Below, piece by piece: positions 37,122 through 47,835 of a DNA stretch of 64,000 nucleotides (position 1 is its first letter; each line of letters starts with the position of its first letter). Source of the stretch: Bacilli bacterium (lineage in GTDB: Bacteria; Bacillota_I; Bacilli_A; RF39; UBA660); contig JAFWJA010000015.1 of the NCBI GenBank assembly GCA_017511805.1, forward strand, positions 323,098 through 387,097, in the 5' to 3' direction. The translations under genes were made by a program, and so were the position numbers. The notes under the pieces were generated by a model that ran no database searches, was not told the origin of the DNA, and worked only from the letters and a program-made list of their open reading frames with translations.

Positions 37122-38876
37122 TTACATTACCCTCTTAAATAATTTCTCTAATTCATATGTTGGATAATGAATTATAGTTGGTCTTCCATGAGCACAGTTA
37201 TATGGATTTTTACATGTTTCTAAATCATCTATAATCTTTTGCATTTCTTCTAAAGAAATTTCTGTATTTGCTTTTATAGATGCTTTACAAGCCATCATCG
37301 CAGATATACTATCATTAAATCTTTCTAAATCAAAATTCTTATTCATTGTTATTATTTTTTCTAATACATTTTGAACAAATAATTCTTCTAATCCTTCTTT
37401 AAACCAAGTTGGATGAGATTTAACTACATATGAACTATCTCCAAATTCTTCAATTTCTATACCTAAACTTCTTATAAAATCTAAATGTTGTTTTATTATT
37501 AAGAATTCATCTTTTGGATATTCTAAATTCATTGGAAATAACATAGATATAGTTTCATGTTTAGGATCTGCCATAGCTTTCTTATATTTTTCATAATTAT
37601 ATCGTTCCGCTGCGGCATGTTGATCTATTAAATACATTCCCTTTTCATTATGGCAAACTATATAAGTACCTAGTACTTGACCAACCGGATATATCTTTGG
37701 AAATGGTTTAGTATCAGATTCTGGTTCTTTATAATTATAATCATCTTCTTTTTCTTTAATATCGTTTTCTGATACAGAAAAATCCATTACTAATTCAGTT
37801 ACTTCTTCATAAGTTTTTTCTTCAGAAACAGGCTCTATTTTTTTAACAATATTATTTAAATTAACATCATGAGTAGATGCATCTACTCCTAGGAAATGAT
37901 TATCTAAAACCTTTTCTATTTCTTTACTAACCATATCTTTTAAATCATCAAAATTACTAAGTTTAATATCTTGTTTTGAAGGATGTATATTAACATCAGT
38001 TAATGTTGGATCTACATTTATATTTAGTACTACAATTGGATATCTATTATCTGGTTTATATTTATGATAAGCATCATTTATTACTCTATTTAAATCACTA
38101 TTTCTAACTACTCTACCATTAACTATTGTTATAAAATGATTTCTATTTGATTTATTTACTTCTGGAAGTGATATATATCCTGATATTTCATAATCATCAT
38201 TTTCGCATTCTAGCTTAAGCATCTTTTTAGATACAGAAGTACCATATATTTGATTTATAGTTTTAAGTAAATTACCTGAACCATCTGTTTTTAATATAAC
38301 CTTATCATTATTAGTTAAAGTAAATCTAATATCAGTATGAGATAAAGCCGCTCTATCTATAACACTAGTAACATTAGCTAGTTCACTTTGTAAACTATTT
38401 AGATACTTTAATCTAGCTGGAGTATTAAAGAATAAATCTTTAACCTCTATAACAGTTCCTTGTCTTAAATCACTCTTTTCCTTACTAACAACCTTACCAC
38501 CCTCTAGTTTGTATGTAATCCCAGTGTTACCGTTACTTGTTTTTAAAGAGACTATTGATACAGAAGCTATTGAAGGTAGAGCTTCACCTCTAAAACCAAG
38601 AGTATTTATATTAAATAGATCTTCTTCTTTTAATAATTTACTAGTTGCATGAGCTTCAAAACAAAGTAGAGCATCATCTTCATCCATACCTGATCCATTA
38701 TCAGTTACTTTTATAGATTTAGTACCTGAATCAATTAAATCTATTTTTATATCATTAGCACCTGCATCTATAGAGTTCTCTATTAATTCTTTAACAACAG
38801 ATGCACATTTTTCTACTACTTCACCAGCCGCTATTTTATTAGATAAACTTTCACTCATTATTTGTATTTTGCTCAT
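37122..38876 (-). CDS. mutL: DNA mismatch repair protein MutL.
   Basis: GHKL ATPase motifs (NSIDAGA, DNGSGM, GFRGEAL). The C-terminal dimerisation domain carries the endonuclease-type motif. 584 aa. Confidence 0.95.
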   Translation of the reverse strand: MSKIQIMSESLSNKIAAGEVVEKCASVVKELIENSIDAGANDIKIDLIDSGTKSIKVTDNGSGMDEDDALLCFEAHATSKLLKEEDLFNINTLGFRGEALPSIASVSIVSLKTSNGNTGITYKLEGGKVVSKEKSDLRQGTVIEVKDLFFNTPARLKYLNSLQSELANVTSVIDRAALSHTDIRFTLTNNDKVILKTDGSGNLLKTINQIYGTSVSKKMLKLECENDDYEISGYISLPEVNKSNRNHFITIVNGRVVRNSDLNRVINDAYHKYKPDNRYPIVVLNINVDPTLTDVNIHPSKQDIKLSNFDDLKDMVSKEIEKVLDNHFLGVDASTHDVNLNNIVKKIEPVSEEKTYEEVTELVMDFSVSENDIKEKEDDYNYKEPESDTKPFPKIYPVGQVLGTYIVCHNEKGMYLIDQHAAAERYNYEKYKKAMADPKHETISMLFPMNLEYPKDEFLIIKQHLDFIRSLGIEIEEFGDSSYVVKSHPTWFKEGLEELFVQNVLEKIITMNKNFDLERFNDSISAMMACKASIKANTEISLEEMQKIIDDLETCKNPYNCAHGRPTIIHYPTYELEKLFKRVM

Positions 38877-38925
38877 AATATCACCAATAAAATTATATCA
38901 AAAAAAAGTAGATTTGTATCTACTT

Positions 38926-39921
38926 TTATTCAAATATATATGGGTCTTCTTGTGATCCATCTCCACTTATATATTTAGTTAAACCATTAATATATATTAC
39001 TCTATTAACATATATATTTTCTTGTAATTCTTTAGTTTTAACTAGTTTATTATTATCAACATAATATACATTACTATTTTCTGCAGTATTACAAGAATAT
39101 GTATCTCCTATTAGATTAAATATATAACTCTTACAGTTTTCACTATTAATATCAGTTATATTCTTAAAATCACATTCATTTGCGGCATTAACTATATCTG
39201 ATACATTAATATATGAACTATATCCATAATACTTAGGAGTTACCTTAGTATATTCATTATTTCTCTTTTCATTTTTAAGAATTTGTTCTAAATTAGAATT
39301 CTCACTTCTAACATAACCTACATAGAATATTCCTTTAGTTCCAATAGGTTCTTCTTCTATTTTTTCATCAAAATAATTAATCTTACCAGTTGATCCCCAT
39401 TTTTGAATATTATCTCTTTCTACACTTATTAATTTAACAAAGTTAGAATTAGTAACACTCATAATTCTATACATCTTGTCATTATATTTTATATAGTTAT
39501 TAGGTTCACCTTTATAAACATATTTTACATCAAAAGGCATACCTTCATTAGTAGATGATTCTACTACATTTTCATCTTTAATAATTTTATTAACTAAATA
39601 ATTTGTTTCTTCTATAAATATATATTCATCATTAAGTACTTTTACATATCCTTTTAATTCAGTATCTTCTTCTAGATAGCCTTTTTGAATCATTTCTTTA
39701 GTACTAATTCTATATTCTAAATCTTCTTCATTAGATATATCGTTAAAATATTCTTTATTATTAGATATATATGTTTTTGCTTTTTCAATTATAGTTTCAG
39801 GTGTAACTGCAACTTCCGCTTCTTTTGATGTACCTCTTGATGCATAACAAACATACGCTAATGCTAAAGCAGCGACTACAATAATAGATATTCTTATGAT
39901 ATTAAACTTTTTACTAAACAT
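38926..39921 (-). CDS. Signal-anchored extracytoplasmic hypothetical protein.
   Basis: N-terminal IIRISIIVVAALALAYVCYASRG. No recognisable domain. Confidence 0.45.
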   Translation of the reverse strand: MFSKKFNIIRISIIVVAALALAYVCYASRGTSKEAEVAVTPETIIEKAKTYISNNKEYFNDISNEEDLEYRISTKEMIQKGYLEEDTELKGYVKVLNDEYIFIEETNYLVNKIIKDENVVESSTNEGMPFDVKYVYKGEPNNYIKYNDKMYRIMSVTNSNFVKLISVERDNIQKWGSTGKINYFDEKIEEEPIGTKGIFYVGYVRSENSNLEQILKNEKRNNEYTKVTPKYYGYSSYINVSDIVNAANECDFKNITDINSENCKSYIFNLIGDTYSCNTAENSNVYYVDNNKLVKTKELQENIYVNRVIYINGLTKYISGDGSQEDPYIFE

Positions 39922-39987
39922 AACAACACCTCAATTATATTATAAATAATATAAATATAAATATCAATTATAAAAAGAAAAAAATAT

Positions 39988-41757
39988 TTACTTTTGTAAA
40001 TATTCTTTTAATACTGGTATTACATTTTTAGGAATAATTTTTTCTAATTCAGAATCTGATGCTTCAAGTATTCCTTTTAATGAACCAAATTTCTTTAATA
40101 ATTCTTTTTTTCTTTGTTTACCAATACCTGGTATTTCATCTAGTTTAGATGAGAAAGTTCCTTTACTTCTAATTTCTTTATGATAATTAATTGTAAACCT
40201 ATGTACTTCTTCACTAATTGTTTCTAAAAAGTGAAATAAATCACTATTCTTTTCAATTGGTATTTCTTCATTATCACTTGATATTAAAGCAGTTATTCTA
40301 TGTTTATCATTCTTTTTCATACCATAAACTGGTATATCTAAACATAAGTTTTCTAGTACTTCATTAGTAGCATTTATTTGTATAATACCACCATCAGTAA
40401 GTATTAAATCTGGTTTAACTAGATCATCATTAATAACTCTAGCATATCTTCTTTCTACAACTTCTTGCATCATATGATAATCATCTACTTCATCACCAAT
40501 AATCTTATACTTACGATAGTCTTTAGTACTCTTTTTACCATCAACGAATACAACCATTCCACTAACTCTAAAATTACCAAATAAATGCGAATTATCAAAT
40601 GACTCTATTCTATGAACACTTATACCAAGTAATTTACCTAATTCTTCACAAGCATGAACTGTTCTATTATAATCATTCTTAATTAAAGTAATCTTATCTT
40701 CAATTTTTATTTTAGCGTTCTCTTCTGCCATATCTAATAATTTCTTTTTAGGACCTTTAACTGGAGTAATAACTGTTTTACCTATTATTTCAGTTAATAA
40801 ATCATTATCTAGACCTTCTGGAACAAGAATTTCTCTTGGTTTAAATCTTTCATCTTGTTCATAAAAAGATATTATAAAATTACTTAATACATCAACTGGT
40901 TCTTCATTTAATTCATATATATAACTATCTCTTTCTACAAGATTACCATTTCTAGAATGTAATACTTGAACAGATATATAATCTTTATATACATAATAAT
41001 TAAATATATCTCTATTAATATTATCATTAAAATCAATCTTTTGTTTTTCAAGAGTAATCTTGATATAATCCATTAACTCTTTAATCTCTTTAGCTTTTTC
41101 AAAATTTAATTTTTCAGATGCTTTATACATTTCTGATTCTAACTTCTTATATAGTTCATTATAATTACCATTTAAAAATGATATTATTTCATTAACCATA
41201 TTATCTATTACTTCTTTATCAATATCAAGTTTACAATAACCTAAACACTCACCTATATGATAATAAAGACATAGATCATCTTTAAAAGTCTTACATTTTT
41301 TTAATGGATACATTCTATTTAATATTTGAACTATTTTTTTAGCGGCATATCCATTTGGATATGGACCAAATAATCTAACATTTTTTTGTTTCATTCTTTT
41401 AGAAGGTCTTACTATAGATAGTTCTGGATATTTATCATAACTAAGTTCTATATATGGATACTGTTTATCATCTCTAAATATAATATTATATTTAGGATCA
41501 TATTTCTTAATAAGATTTATTTCTAATAAAAGAGCTTCTTTTTCTGAACCAGTTACTATATATTCAAAATCAGATATGTTTTCTACAAGTACTTTAGTTT
41601 TACCATACTTAGTTCCCATAAAATAACTTTTAACTCTGTTTTTAAGTATTTTAGCTTTACCTACATATATAATAGTACCTGTTTTATCTTTCATTAAATA
41701 ACAACCAGGAGAACTAGGTAACAACGCTAATTTCTTTTTAATATTATCTTTATCCAT
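39988..41757 (-). CDS. uvrC: Excinuclease ABC subunit C (UvrC).
   Basis: N-terminal GIY-YIG (PGCYLMKD...IIYVGKAKILKNRVKSY), the UvrBC-interacting region, an RNase-H-like endonuclease domain, and a C-terminal HhH2 (IPGIGKQRKKELLKKFGS). Confidence 0.95.
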   Translation of the reverse strand: MDKDNIKKKLALLPSSPGCYLMKDKTGTIIYVGKAKILKNRVKSYFMGTKYGKTKVLVENISDFEYIVTGSEKEALLLEINLIKKYDPKYNIIFRDDKQYPYIELSYDKYPELSIVRPSKRMKQKNVRLFGPYPNGYAAKKIVQILNRMYPLKKCKTFKDDLCLYYHIGECLGYCKLDIDKEVIDNMVNEIISFLNGNYNELYKKLESEMYKASEKLNFEKAKEIKELMDYIKITLEKQKIDFNDNINRDIFNYYVYKDYISVQVLHSRNGNLVERDSYIYELNEEPVDVLSNFIISFYEQDERFKPREILVPEGLDNDLLTEIIGKTVITPVKGPKKKLLDMAEENAKIKIEDKITLIKNDYNRTVHACEELGKLLGISVHRIESFDNSHLFGNFRVSGMVVFVDGKKSTKDYRKYKIIGDEVDDYHMMQEVVERRYARVINDDLVKPDLILTDGGIIQINATNEVLENLCLDIPVYGMKKNDKHRITALISSDNEEIPIEKNSDLFHFLETISEEVHRFTINYHKEIRSKGTFSSKLDEIPGIGKQRKKELLKKFGSLKGILEASDSELEKIIPKNVIPVLKEYLQK

Positions 41758-41832
41758 ATATTCACCTTCTTTAGTAAAAAAGCATCTAATTTCATTGAAA
41801 TTAAATGCAATTTTCTTTATTCTATCATATTT

Positions 41833-42489
41833 TTATTTTTTAGTAAAACTATAGTAAGTAGCAGTATTCATATTAGCAACATCTAAATATGTATTATTTT
41901 TAAGAATAAATCCATAAAATGGTGTGTGTTTATAATTAACTTCTTTTTCTGCTCCATTATATATTAACTTATCATAATTTATATCTATAACTACTAAATT
42001 ACTTTCATCATATTTACTATTTCTATCAAATAAACCTTCTAATTCTTCTTTAGTAACACCATATGAAGATAAATCATCTGTTAAAAATTCAAGAGCATCA
42101 GATCCCATATAGAATTTATAAGTACCTGTATAATAATTATCATCATGTACTCCTTCGTCTCTATACCAATAAAGTCTATCATCACCAAATACCATTTCTG
42201 ATTCATCACCCGCAATCCAAGTAGTATCTTTTAATATATTATTACTTGAACCACCTTTATTATTACTAAATAAATTAATCAATAAAAATGTTAGTGCTGT
42301 TATAAAACCTATACCTACAATTAGTAAAAGTATTTTTAAAAACTTATTACTTTTATTTTTAACTGGTTGTGTTATAGGTGCTTCAGGTATAGCAACTGGT
42401 TTAACTTCTTCAGTAACTATCTGATTACCACAACTAGTACAAAATACTGTTCCTTCCTCTACTTTATTTCCACACTTATTACAAAACAT
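41833..42489 (-). CDS. Zinc-ribbon (CxxC...CxxC) / single-TM / extracytoplasmic-domain protein; hypothetical. It is the first gene after the SipW/TasA-like cluster.
   Basis: MFCNKCGNKVEEGTVFCTSCGN, then TM LLLIVGIGFITALTFLLINLF. Confidence 0.45.
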   Translation of the reverse strand: MFCNKCGNKVEEGTVFCTSCGNQIVTEEVKPVAIPEAPITQPVKNKSNKFLKILLLIVGIGFITALTFLLINLFSNNKGGSSNNILKDTTWIAGDESEMVFGDDRLYWYRDEGVHDDNYYTGTYKFYMGSDALEFLTDDLSSYGVTKEELEGLFDRNSKYDESNLVVIDINYDKLIYNGAEKEVNYKHTPFYGFILKNNTYLDVANMNTATYYSFTKK

Positions 42490-42539
42490 AAAACACTCTC
42501 CTTTTATTATATATTAACAAATAATTAATTTATATTCAA

Positions 42540-43661
42540 TTACTTTCCCTTTAACTTTACAGCAGGATACGCTATATAAGGTATTCTTAATATCACTTTT
42601 CCGTATACTTTATTGGGTTTTACATACTTATTATCGGAAGTATTATTCATATCCCCTTTAGTGATATATGTTTTATCACTATTTACTTTAATAATTCTAT
42701 GGATTATTATTCTATCATTATCATCATAATACGCAATTACATCATTTTCTTTTAAGTTCTCTTTATCAACATATTTATTAATTATTACTGCATCTCCTAT
42801 ATTATAATTTGGAGACATAGATGCAGTTTCTATACCTATCATTTTAAATGGTCCAATACCAAATATTAATAAAACTAGTATTAGAATAATACCTAAGAAT
42901 ACATAATCTGATTTTTTTACTTTCCTATTTTTTTCTTCTTTTACTACTAGTACTTTTGAGGTAGATATAAGCATTGAAAATGGTAATATAAGTAATAATA
43001 ATGAATTAATATGATCATTTATATCCGGTACAACTGGTACTATATAAATATATAATACTGTTACTAATCTATATATCATACTAGCCTTAAAGTTATTTGA
43101 AGTATATGTTAAATATGATAACGCTATATTATTTAAAACAGTTGGTAAGAATGATAAAGTTATAAAATTAAATATAGTTTCTATATTATTAAATGAATCA
43201 AATCTTATTAATAAGTTAGTATCAAATATAATAAGTACTATTGTTAAAAGAGTTATATACTTTTTATTATCTTTATCTGCACTAATAAACATATATCTAA
43301 ATAGTTCTATACAAATATAAATAACCAGTATAAATATACTATTTTTAAATATATCTATTATGTTAATTGAATATGAGTTCTTAAGGAAACCTGTAATAAA
43401 ACCTATTAAATAATATATTAAAAAGAATAACAATAATTTAATAACAACATTTTTTATTATCTTTTTATTAGTATCATTATTAATAGTTTTTCTATACCCT
43501 AGTAATTTATATCCAAGAAATAATAAAATAAGACAAAAAACAGAAGTTAAACATTCGTTAAACTTCAATAAGTATTTACATATTAAAAATCTATGAATAA
43601 TAGTATATAGTAATACTAATATTAGTAAAATGTTATAACTTCTTTTTTTCATAATTATCAC
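42540..43661 (-). CDS. Polytopic membrane protein (about 8 TM) fused to a catalytically intact C-terminal SipW-type (S26B, ER/archaeal-type) signal-peptidase domain.
   Basis: C-terminal IETASMSPNYNIGDAVIIN ... NDRIIIHRIIKV ... ITKGDMNNTSD aligns with SipW SGSMEP ... VTHRIV ... KGDNN (Ser, His, Asp). The N-terminal ~270 aa are multi-pass membrane helices. Paralogous to 45227-46372. Confidence 0.6.
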   Translation of the reverse strand: MIIMKKRSYNILLILVLLYTIIHRFLICKYLLKFNECLTSVFCLILLFLGYKLLGYRKTINNDTNKKIIKNVVIKLLLFFLIYYLIGFITGFLKNSYSINIIDIFKNSIFILVIYICIELFRYMFISADKDNKKYITLLTIVLIIFDTNLLIRFDSFNNIETIFNFITLSFLPTVLNNIALSYLTYTSNNFKASMIYRLVTVLYIYIVPVVPDINDHINSLLLLILPFSMLISTSKVLVVKEEKNRKVKKSDYVFLGIILILVLLIFGIGPFKMIGIETASMSPNYNIGDAVIINKYVDKENLKENDVIAYYDDNDRIIIHRIIKVNSDKTYITKGDMNNTSDNKYVKPNKVYGKVILRIPYIAYPAVKLKGK

Positions 43662-43664
43662 TTT

Positions 43665-44204
43665 CTAGTTTTCAATATAATTTAGTTCTATTCCTTTTTC
43701 TACTGTAAATGGAGTTGTACCTCCTAAATTAGGTAGATATTCTATTTTAACTCTTATAGTCTTTTCTCCATCTTTATTTAAAGTACTACCTACTGAAGGT
43801 AATCCTTCCATAGTATAATCTATATATGGGGTATCAATAATAGTACTATCTTCTGTACCAGTTAAATTAATAGAATCTAGTATAGCATTCATAGTACCTG
43901 AATTCTTTACTTTAACAGTAAATTCATAGAAATTACCTGGTTCATTTAATGTAATAACAAACGATAATTTATTTGGATGTTCTGGATCTATTCTTACATA
44001 ATTATTATTATCATTAGTAAATGATCCAGATGTAACAGATATATCTTTAAAAGAAATATCCCATCTTACTCCCCCAACATTTACATTTGCATCTATATTT
44101 AAAGATGCCATTAGTTTAGAATATCCTAAAGATATTCCACCTATTAAAACAATAAATAAAATTATGAAGTAATATCTATATTTGTATACAATACTTTGTT
44201 TCAT
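43665..44204 (-). CDS. TasA/camelysin-like secreted beta-sandwich protein with a SipW-cognate-like N-terminal signal peptide (paralog 1 of 3).
   Basis: N-terminal RYYFIILFIVLIGGISLGYSKLMASL. Core LNEPGNFYEFTVKVKNSGTMNAILDSINLTG resembles the TasA/CalY dlkPGDsvkkeFxlxNxGsL motif. Paralog of 44241-44807 and 46381-47061. Confidence 0.5.
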   Translation of the reverse strand: MKQSIVYKYRYYFIILFIVLIGGISLGYSKLMASLNIDANVNVGGVRWDISFKDISVTSGSFTNDNNNYVRIDPEHPNKLSFVITLNEPGNFYEFTVKVKNSGTMNAILDSINLTGTEDSTIIDTPYIDYTMEGLPSVGSTLNKDGEKTIRVKIEYLPNLGGTTPFTVEKGIELNYIEN

Positions 44205-44240
44205 ATAAGCACCTCTTTCATATAGAAAAAAGCTAATTAA

Positions 44241-44807
44241 TTAGCTCCTATTTTGAACATAATCTAGTTCTATAGTTTTAGTAAATGTGTAATCTGATCC
44301 TGGTAACTCTTGTGCTGTTATATCAAGAGGATACTCTACTCTAATAGTTACAGTATTTTTATTAGCTGCACCTACATTTAGTACGTCTCCTACTGATGGC
44401 ATACCAGTTACAGAATAATCTAGATATGGTATTTCTGCTATTTGAGCAGGTGTTAATCCTGTTTCTCTAATTGCATCTAATTTAGCAGGTAATGTTCCTT
44501 CATTTACTATATCTACTGTAAATTCATAGAAATCACCTGGAGCATTTAATGTAACTGTATAAGTAACTTTAGTATCATCATTTGCATCTATTACGGCAGT
44601 ATTATTACCTGAATTTAAATATGAACCTTCTGTGACTTGTATATTACTAAAATGTACAATCCATTCTGTCTTACTTATTTTAGTATTACCATTTATTTGT
44701 AATGTTGTTTGAAGTGCAGAATAACCTAAACTAACTCCTACTAACAAAAGCAAAAAAACTGGTATTAAAAACTTTTTATTTAATAATATATTTTTCTTCT
44801 CTCTCAT
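44241..44807 (-). CDS. TasA/camelysin-like secreted protein (paralog 2 of 3).
   Basis: NKKFLIPVFLLLLVGVSLGYSALQTTLQ signal. LNAPGDFYEFTVDIVNEGTLPAKLDAIRETGL core. Confidence 0.5.
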   Translation of the reverse strand: MREKKNILLNKKFLIPVFLLLLVGVSLGYSALQTTLQINGNTKISKTEWIVHFSNIQVTEGSYLNSGNNTAVIDANDDTKVTYTVTLNAPGDFYEFTVDIVNEGTLPAKLDAIRETGLTPAQIAEIPYLDYSVTGMPSVGDVLNVGAANKNTVTIRVEYPLDITAQELPGSDYTFTKTIELDYVQNRS

Positions 44808-44844
44808 ATATTACTCCTACAATAATATAATTATATCAAATAAT

Positions 44845-45174
44845 CTAATTTTTTTTAAGTATAAAAGTATAAATTTCATCATTATTTTTTACATAAAATT
44901 CACACTCTTTACTATTCATTATATAAAATATTGGTTTTTTTTCTCCAAACTTAACATTTACTAAATCATCAAAGTATTTAGCTTTAACTATTTTTTTATT
45001 TTTAGTATCTATTTTTTTAGCTAATTCTACTAAACAATAATCATATAATTTAAATATTTTAGTAATACTATTTAAATATGGATCTTTACTAGAACTAGTT
45101 ATTAATAGTAATAAAGATATTATTAATAAAACTATTATTACAAACGAAAAAGATATTTGCTTCATAAAAAGCAA
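44845..45174 (-). CDS. Small single-TM protein, paralog of 47825-48151 (both have an (E/H)EC(E/I)F motif).
   Basis: N-terminal TM ISFSFVIIVLLIISLLLLI. ...SKECEFYVKNNDEIYTFILK compares with ...EHECIFVIEDKYNNLICIVK. Confidence 0.4.
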   Translation of the reverse strand: MLFMKQISFSFVIIVLLIISLLLLITSSSKDPYLNSITKIFKLYDYCLVELAKKIDTKNKKIVKAKYFDDLVNVKFGEKKPIFYIMNSKECEFYVKNNDEIYTFILKKN

Positions 45175-45226
45175 TATTATTAATGATATTGTTAATATAA
45201 TTGATGTAATTAAATAATACTTAGTC

Positions 45227-46372
45227 TTATTCGTTTAAATCTCCTCCTACTAAATTCTTAAACCATATAGTTGGATATGCAATTTTACCTATTCTAAAAT
45301 CTACATATTTACCTAATACACTTTCTTTAGATATTTCTTTATATGTTTCTTTTTTATCTTGATCTATTTCTTTAGTAACATAGATCTTACCATTTTCTAC
45401 TTTAGTTATTTTTTCAATAACTATTTTATTATTTTCTTTGTACGCTACTATATCATCTATATGATAATCTTCATATGATACCTTTTGATTTATCATAATA
45501 GCGTCACCCTTATTAATACCACTTATTGTACTCTTTTCTACTCCAATTAAGTAATATTTAAAGAATCCTGATATTAATCCTATTACTATAGTAAAGAATA
45601 TAATTAGTACTATATCTATTACTAATCTAACTATACTTATATTCTTTTTATCTTTATCAAAATTATTAATATATCTATAAGAATATATAAATATTAATGA
45701 AGGTAAAACTATATTACAAATAGATGTTAAATAGTTACCTAACATAGGTTTATAAGTACAAATATAAGTATATAAACATAATGGTATTACATATACAATA
45801 CATGGATAATAGCCTACTTTCTTAGTTAAATAAGTAAGCATTATATTTTTAATAACAATTGGAAGCATTGTAACTGTAATATAAATAAATATATTTTTAG
45901 CAGTTATATCAAATCTATATATATTTAGTATTAAATCAAATATAATTATTAAGAATGTCATAAAGTAGATAGTACTCTTATTATCTTTATTATTACTTAC
46001 ATAATTATATCTAAAGAATTCTAAACATAGTACTGATATAAAAGGCATAATACTATTTTTTAATATAGAGAAAAAATCGCTAGAAAAAACATCTCTACCA
46101 TAACCAGTAAATATACCAAGTAAATATATTACTGAAAAATATATTAATAAACCTACTGCAACCAGTTTAATTATCTTTTTATTTAAAGTACTAAATTCAA
46201 ATATTTTAAAATCATATATAATATAACTAATAAGAGCTATAGTTAGTATAAATATTGCACTTATAATTGATGAATAACCTTGAAAAAATGTAAATACAAC
46301 TGAAAAATATAAAATTATAAAACTAATAAAAGATATAATAAACAACCTATTTTTATTCTCTATTGAATTCAT
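45227..46372 (-). CDS. Paralog of 42540-43661: polytopic membrane domain plus a SipW-like domain in which all three catalytic positions are substituted (predicted pseudo-peptidase).
   Basis: Aligned segments: EKSTISGINKGDAIMIN (catalytic Ser becomes Thr, Pro becomes Gly). KIVIEKITKV (His becomes Glu). VTKEIDQD (GD(N/M)N becomes EIDQ). The TM domain conserves KNSI..CxE(L/F)FRY, NKDNK, IIIFD, LPxVxxNIxL(S/T)YLT. Confidence 0.55.
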   Translation of the reverse strand: MNSIENKNRLFIISFISFIILYFSVVFTFFQGYSSIISAIFILTIALISYIIYDFKIFEFSTLNKKIIKLVAVGLLIYFSVIYLLGIFTGYGRDVFSSDFFSILKNSIMPFISVLCLEFFRYNYVSNNKDNKSTIYFMTFLIIIFDLILNIYRFDITAKNIFIYITVTMLPIVIKNIMLTYLTKKVGYYPCIVYVIPLCLYTYICTYKPMLGNYLTSICNIVLPSLIFIYSYRYINNFDKDKKNISIVRLVIDIVLIIFFTIVIGLISGFFKYYLIGVEKSTISGINKGDAIMINQKVSYEDYHIDDIVAYKENNKIVIEKITKVENGKIYVTKEIDQDKKETYKEISKESVLGKYVDFRIGKIAYPTIWFKNLVGGDLNE

Positions 46373-46380
46373 TTTTTCAC

Positions 46381-47061
46381 CTACTTCTCTATATATGTTA
46401 CTTTATATGTTAGATTTAATTCCTGATCTGTATCAGGTAAATCTTCTACTTCTATATCTTCTAAATACTCTATTTCTAGATGTATTTTTTTCTTTTCACC
46501 TACTAATAAAGTATCTCCTTCTTTAATAGTAGTTCCATCTTTATAAGTTACTTTATATTTAATATATTTCATTTGAGTAGAATTAAGACCAGTTAAAACA
46601 GTATCATATATTTTTGCATCTATATTACCATTATTAACAACATCTACATCAAATGAATATTTTTCACCAGGTACTCTTAAATATATAGTATAGTTTACTT
46701 CAGTTTTATTACTTAAAATATGAGCATCAGTTATTGCTTCAATAGAATCAGCATCTACTTCAAGATTTTCAAATTCTATTTGCCAATTTATATTAGAAGG
46801 TTCTATTACTGGTACACTATCTTTTCTTGTTGGAGTACTAGAACTAGATCCTCTATTATTACTTGTATCAGATTTATCATCTTTTTTATCATCAGTCTTC
46901 TTATCATCTGTAGTAGGATTATCTGTTGGTTCTAAATATTTATTGTTATTCATTTTAACGCCAAAATTACTTGCTAAAGATGCATACATAAACGTAATTA
47001 CTATTAACAATAATATAAAGAATATTGGATAAAAACGACCTTTTTTATTATCATTATTCAT
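46381..47061 (-). CDS. TasA/camelysin-like secreted protein (paralog 3 of 3) with an extra low-complexity D/K/S-rich linker after the signal peptide.
   Basis: RFYPIFFILLLIVITFMYASLASNF signal. LRVPGEKYSFDVDVVNNGNIDAKIYDTVLTGL core. Confidence 0.5.
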   Translation of the reverse strand: MNNDNKKGRFYPIFFILLLIVITFMYASLASNFGVKMNNNKYLEPTDNPTTDDKKTDDKKDDKSDTSNNRGSSSSTPTRKDSVPVIEPSNINWQIEFENLEVDADSIEAITDAHILSNKTEVNYTIYLRVPGEKYSFDVDVVNNGNIDAKIYDTVLTGLNSTQMKYIKYKVTYKDGTTIKEGDTLLVGEKKKIHLEIEYLEDIEVEDLPDTDQELNLTYKVTYIEK

Positions 47062-47124
47062 GCTATCACCTATTATTAATATAATAACATATTTTAAGTC
47101 AAAAAAAAAGCAAAATTGCTTTCT

Positions 47125-47835
47125 TTAATCTATATTATCAATAAGTAATTTATCATTTTTAATAGTATATGTTACTTTTATTTCTCCATCTACTTTTCCA
47201 TACTTATTTATATTGTTATCATCTATGAATTTTTTAATATTTTTAACACTACCTTCTCCATTTAAATACTTATTTAAATCTTTAATATCTATAATAGCAT
47301 CAGTATCTTGATTTAAACCAGAATAATAATTTAAAACATCATATGGATTATCTACTACTAGTTTTTTAAAAGTAGAAACATACTTATTAGTAATATTTTT
47401 ACCTATACTACTTTGACTATATTTAATAATCTTTTTAGAAGCTATATCCTTTTTAGTCAAAACATTATTATATTTATACTGATTTATTTCATGAGTAATT
47501 CCTTCTTCTGCCATCTTACTAGTAATACCTATTTTTTCTAATTTATTAATATTATAATCCACATTAAAATAGTTATTAATAGTGTTTAAAATTTCATCAT
47601 CAGTAAAAGTATTCTTATTCTCTTTATCACTTAAATACTTAATAGCAAAACTAATATATTTACCTTTATCATCAGTATCTACTACTTCATCTAAATAGTC
47701 TCCTATTTCACTATTAAATTCATTTATTTTAACACTTTCTAAACTAGATAATCTTCTATTAACAAAGAATAATACTAGACCTGCAACTACTAATAAAACT
47801 ATTACTATTTTAAATACCATTGTCTTATTTTTCAT
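47125..47835 (-). CDS. Signal-anchored extracytoplasmic protein, paralog of 48194-48997.
   Basis: N-terminal TM. Shared core: KYISFAIKYLSDKENKNTFTDDEILNTINNYFNVDYNINKLEKIGITSKMAEEGI versus KFILFALKYHYYQEDKNTLTSTEISDFINDIFDIEMNPKDVKNIGVSPIMAESGV. Confidence 0.45.
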   Translation of the reverse strand: MKNKTMVFKIVIVLLVVAGLVLFFVNRRLSSLESVKINEFNSEIGDYLDEVVDTDDKGKYISFAIKYLSDKENKNTFTDDEILNTINNYFNVDYNINKLEKIGITSKMAEEGITHEINQYKYNNVLTKKDIASKKIIKYSQSSIGKNITNKYVSTFKKLVVDNPYDVLNYYSGLNQDTDAIIDIKDLNKYLNGEGSVKNIKKFIDDNNINKYGKVDGEIKVTYTIKNDKLLIDNID

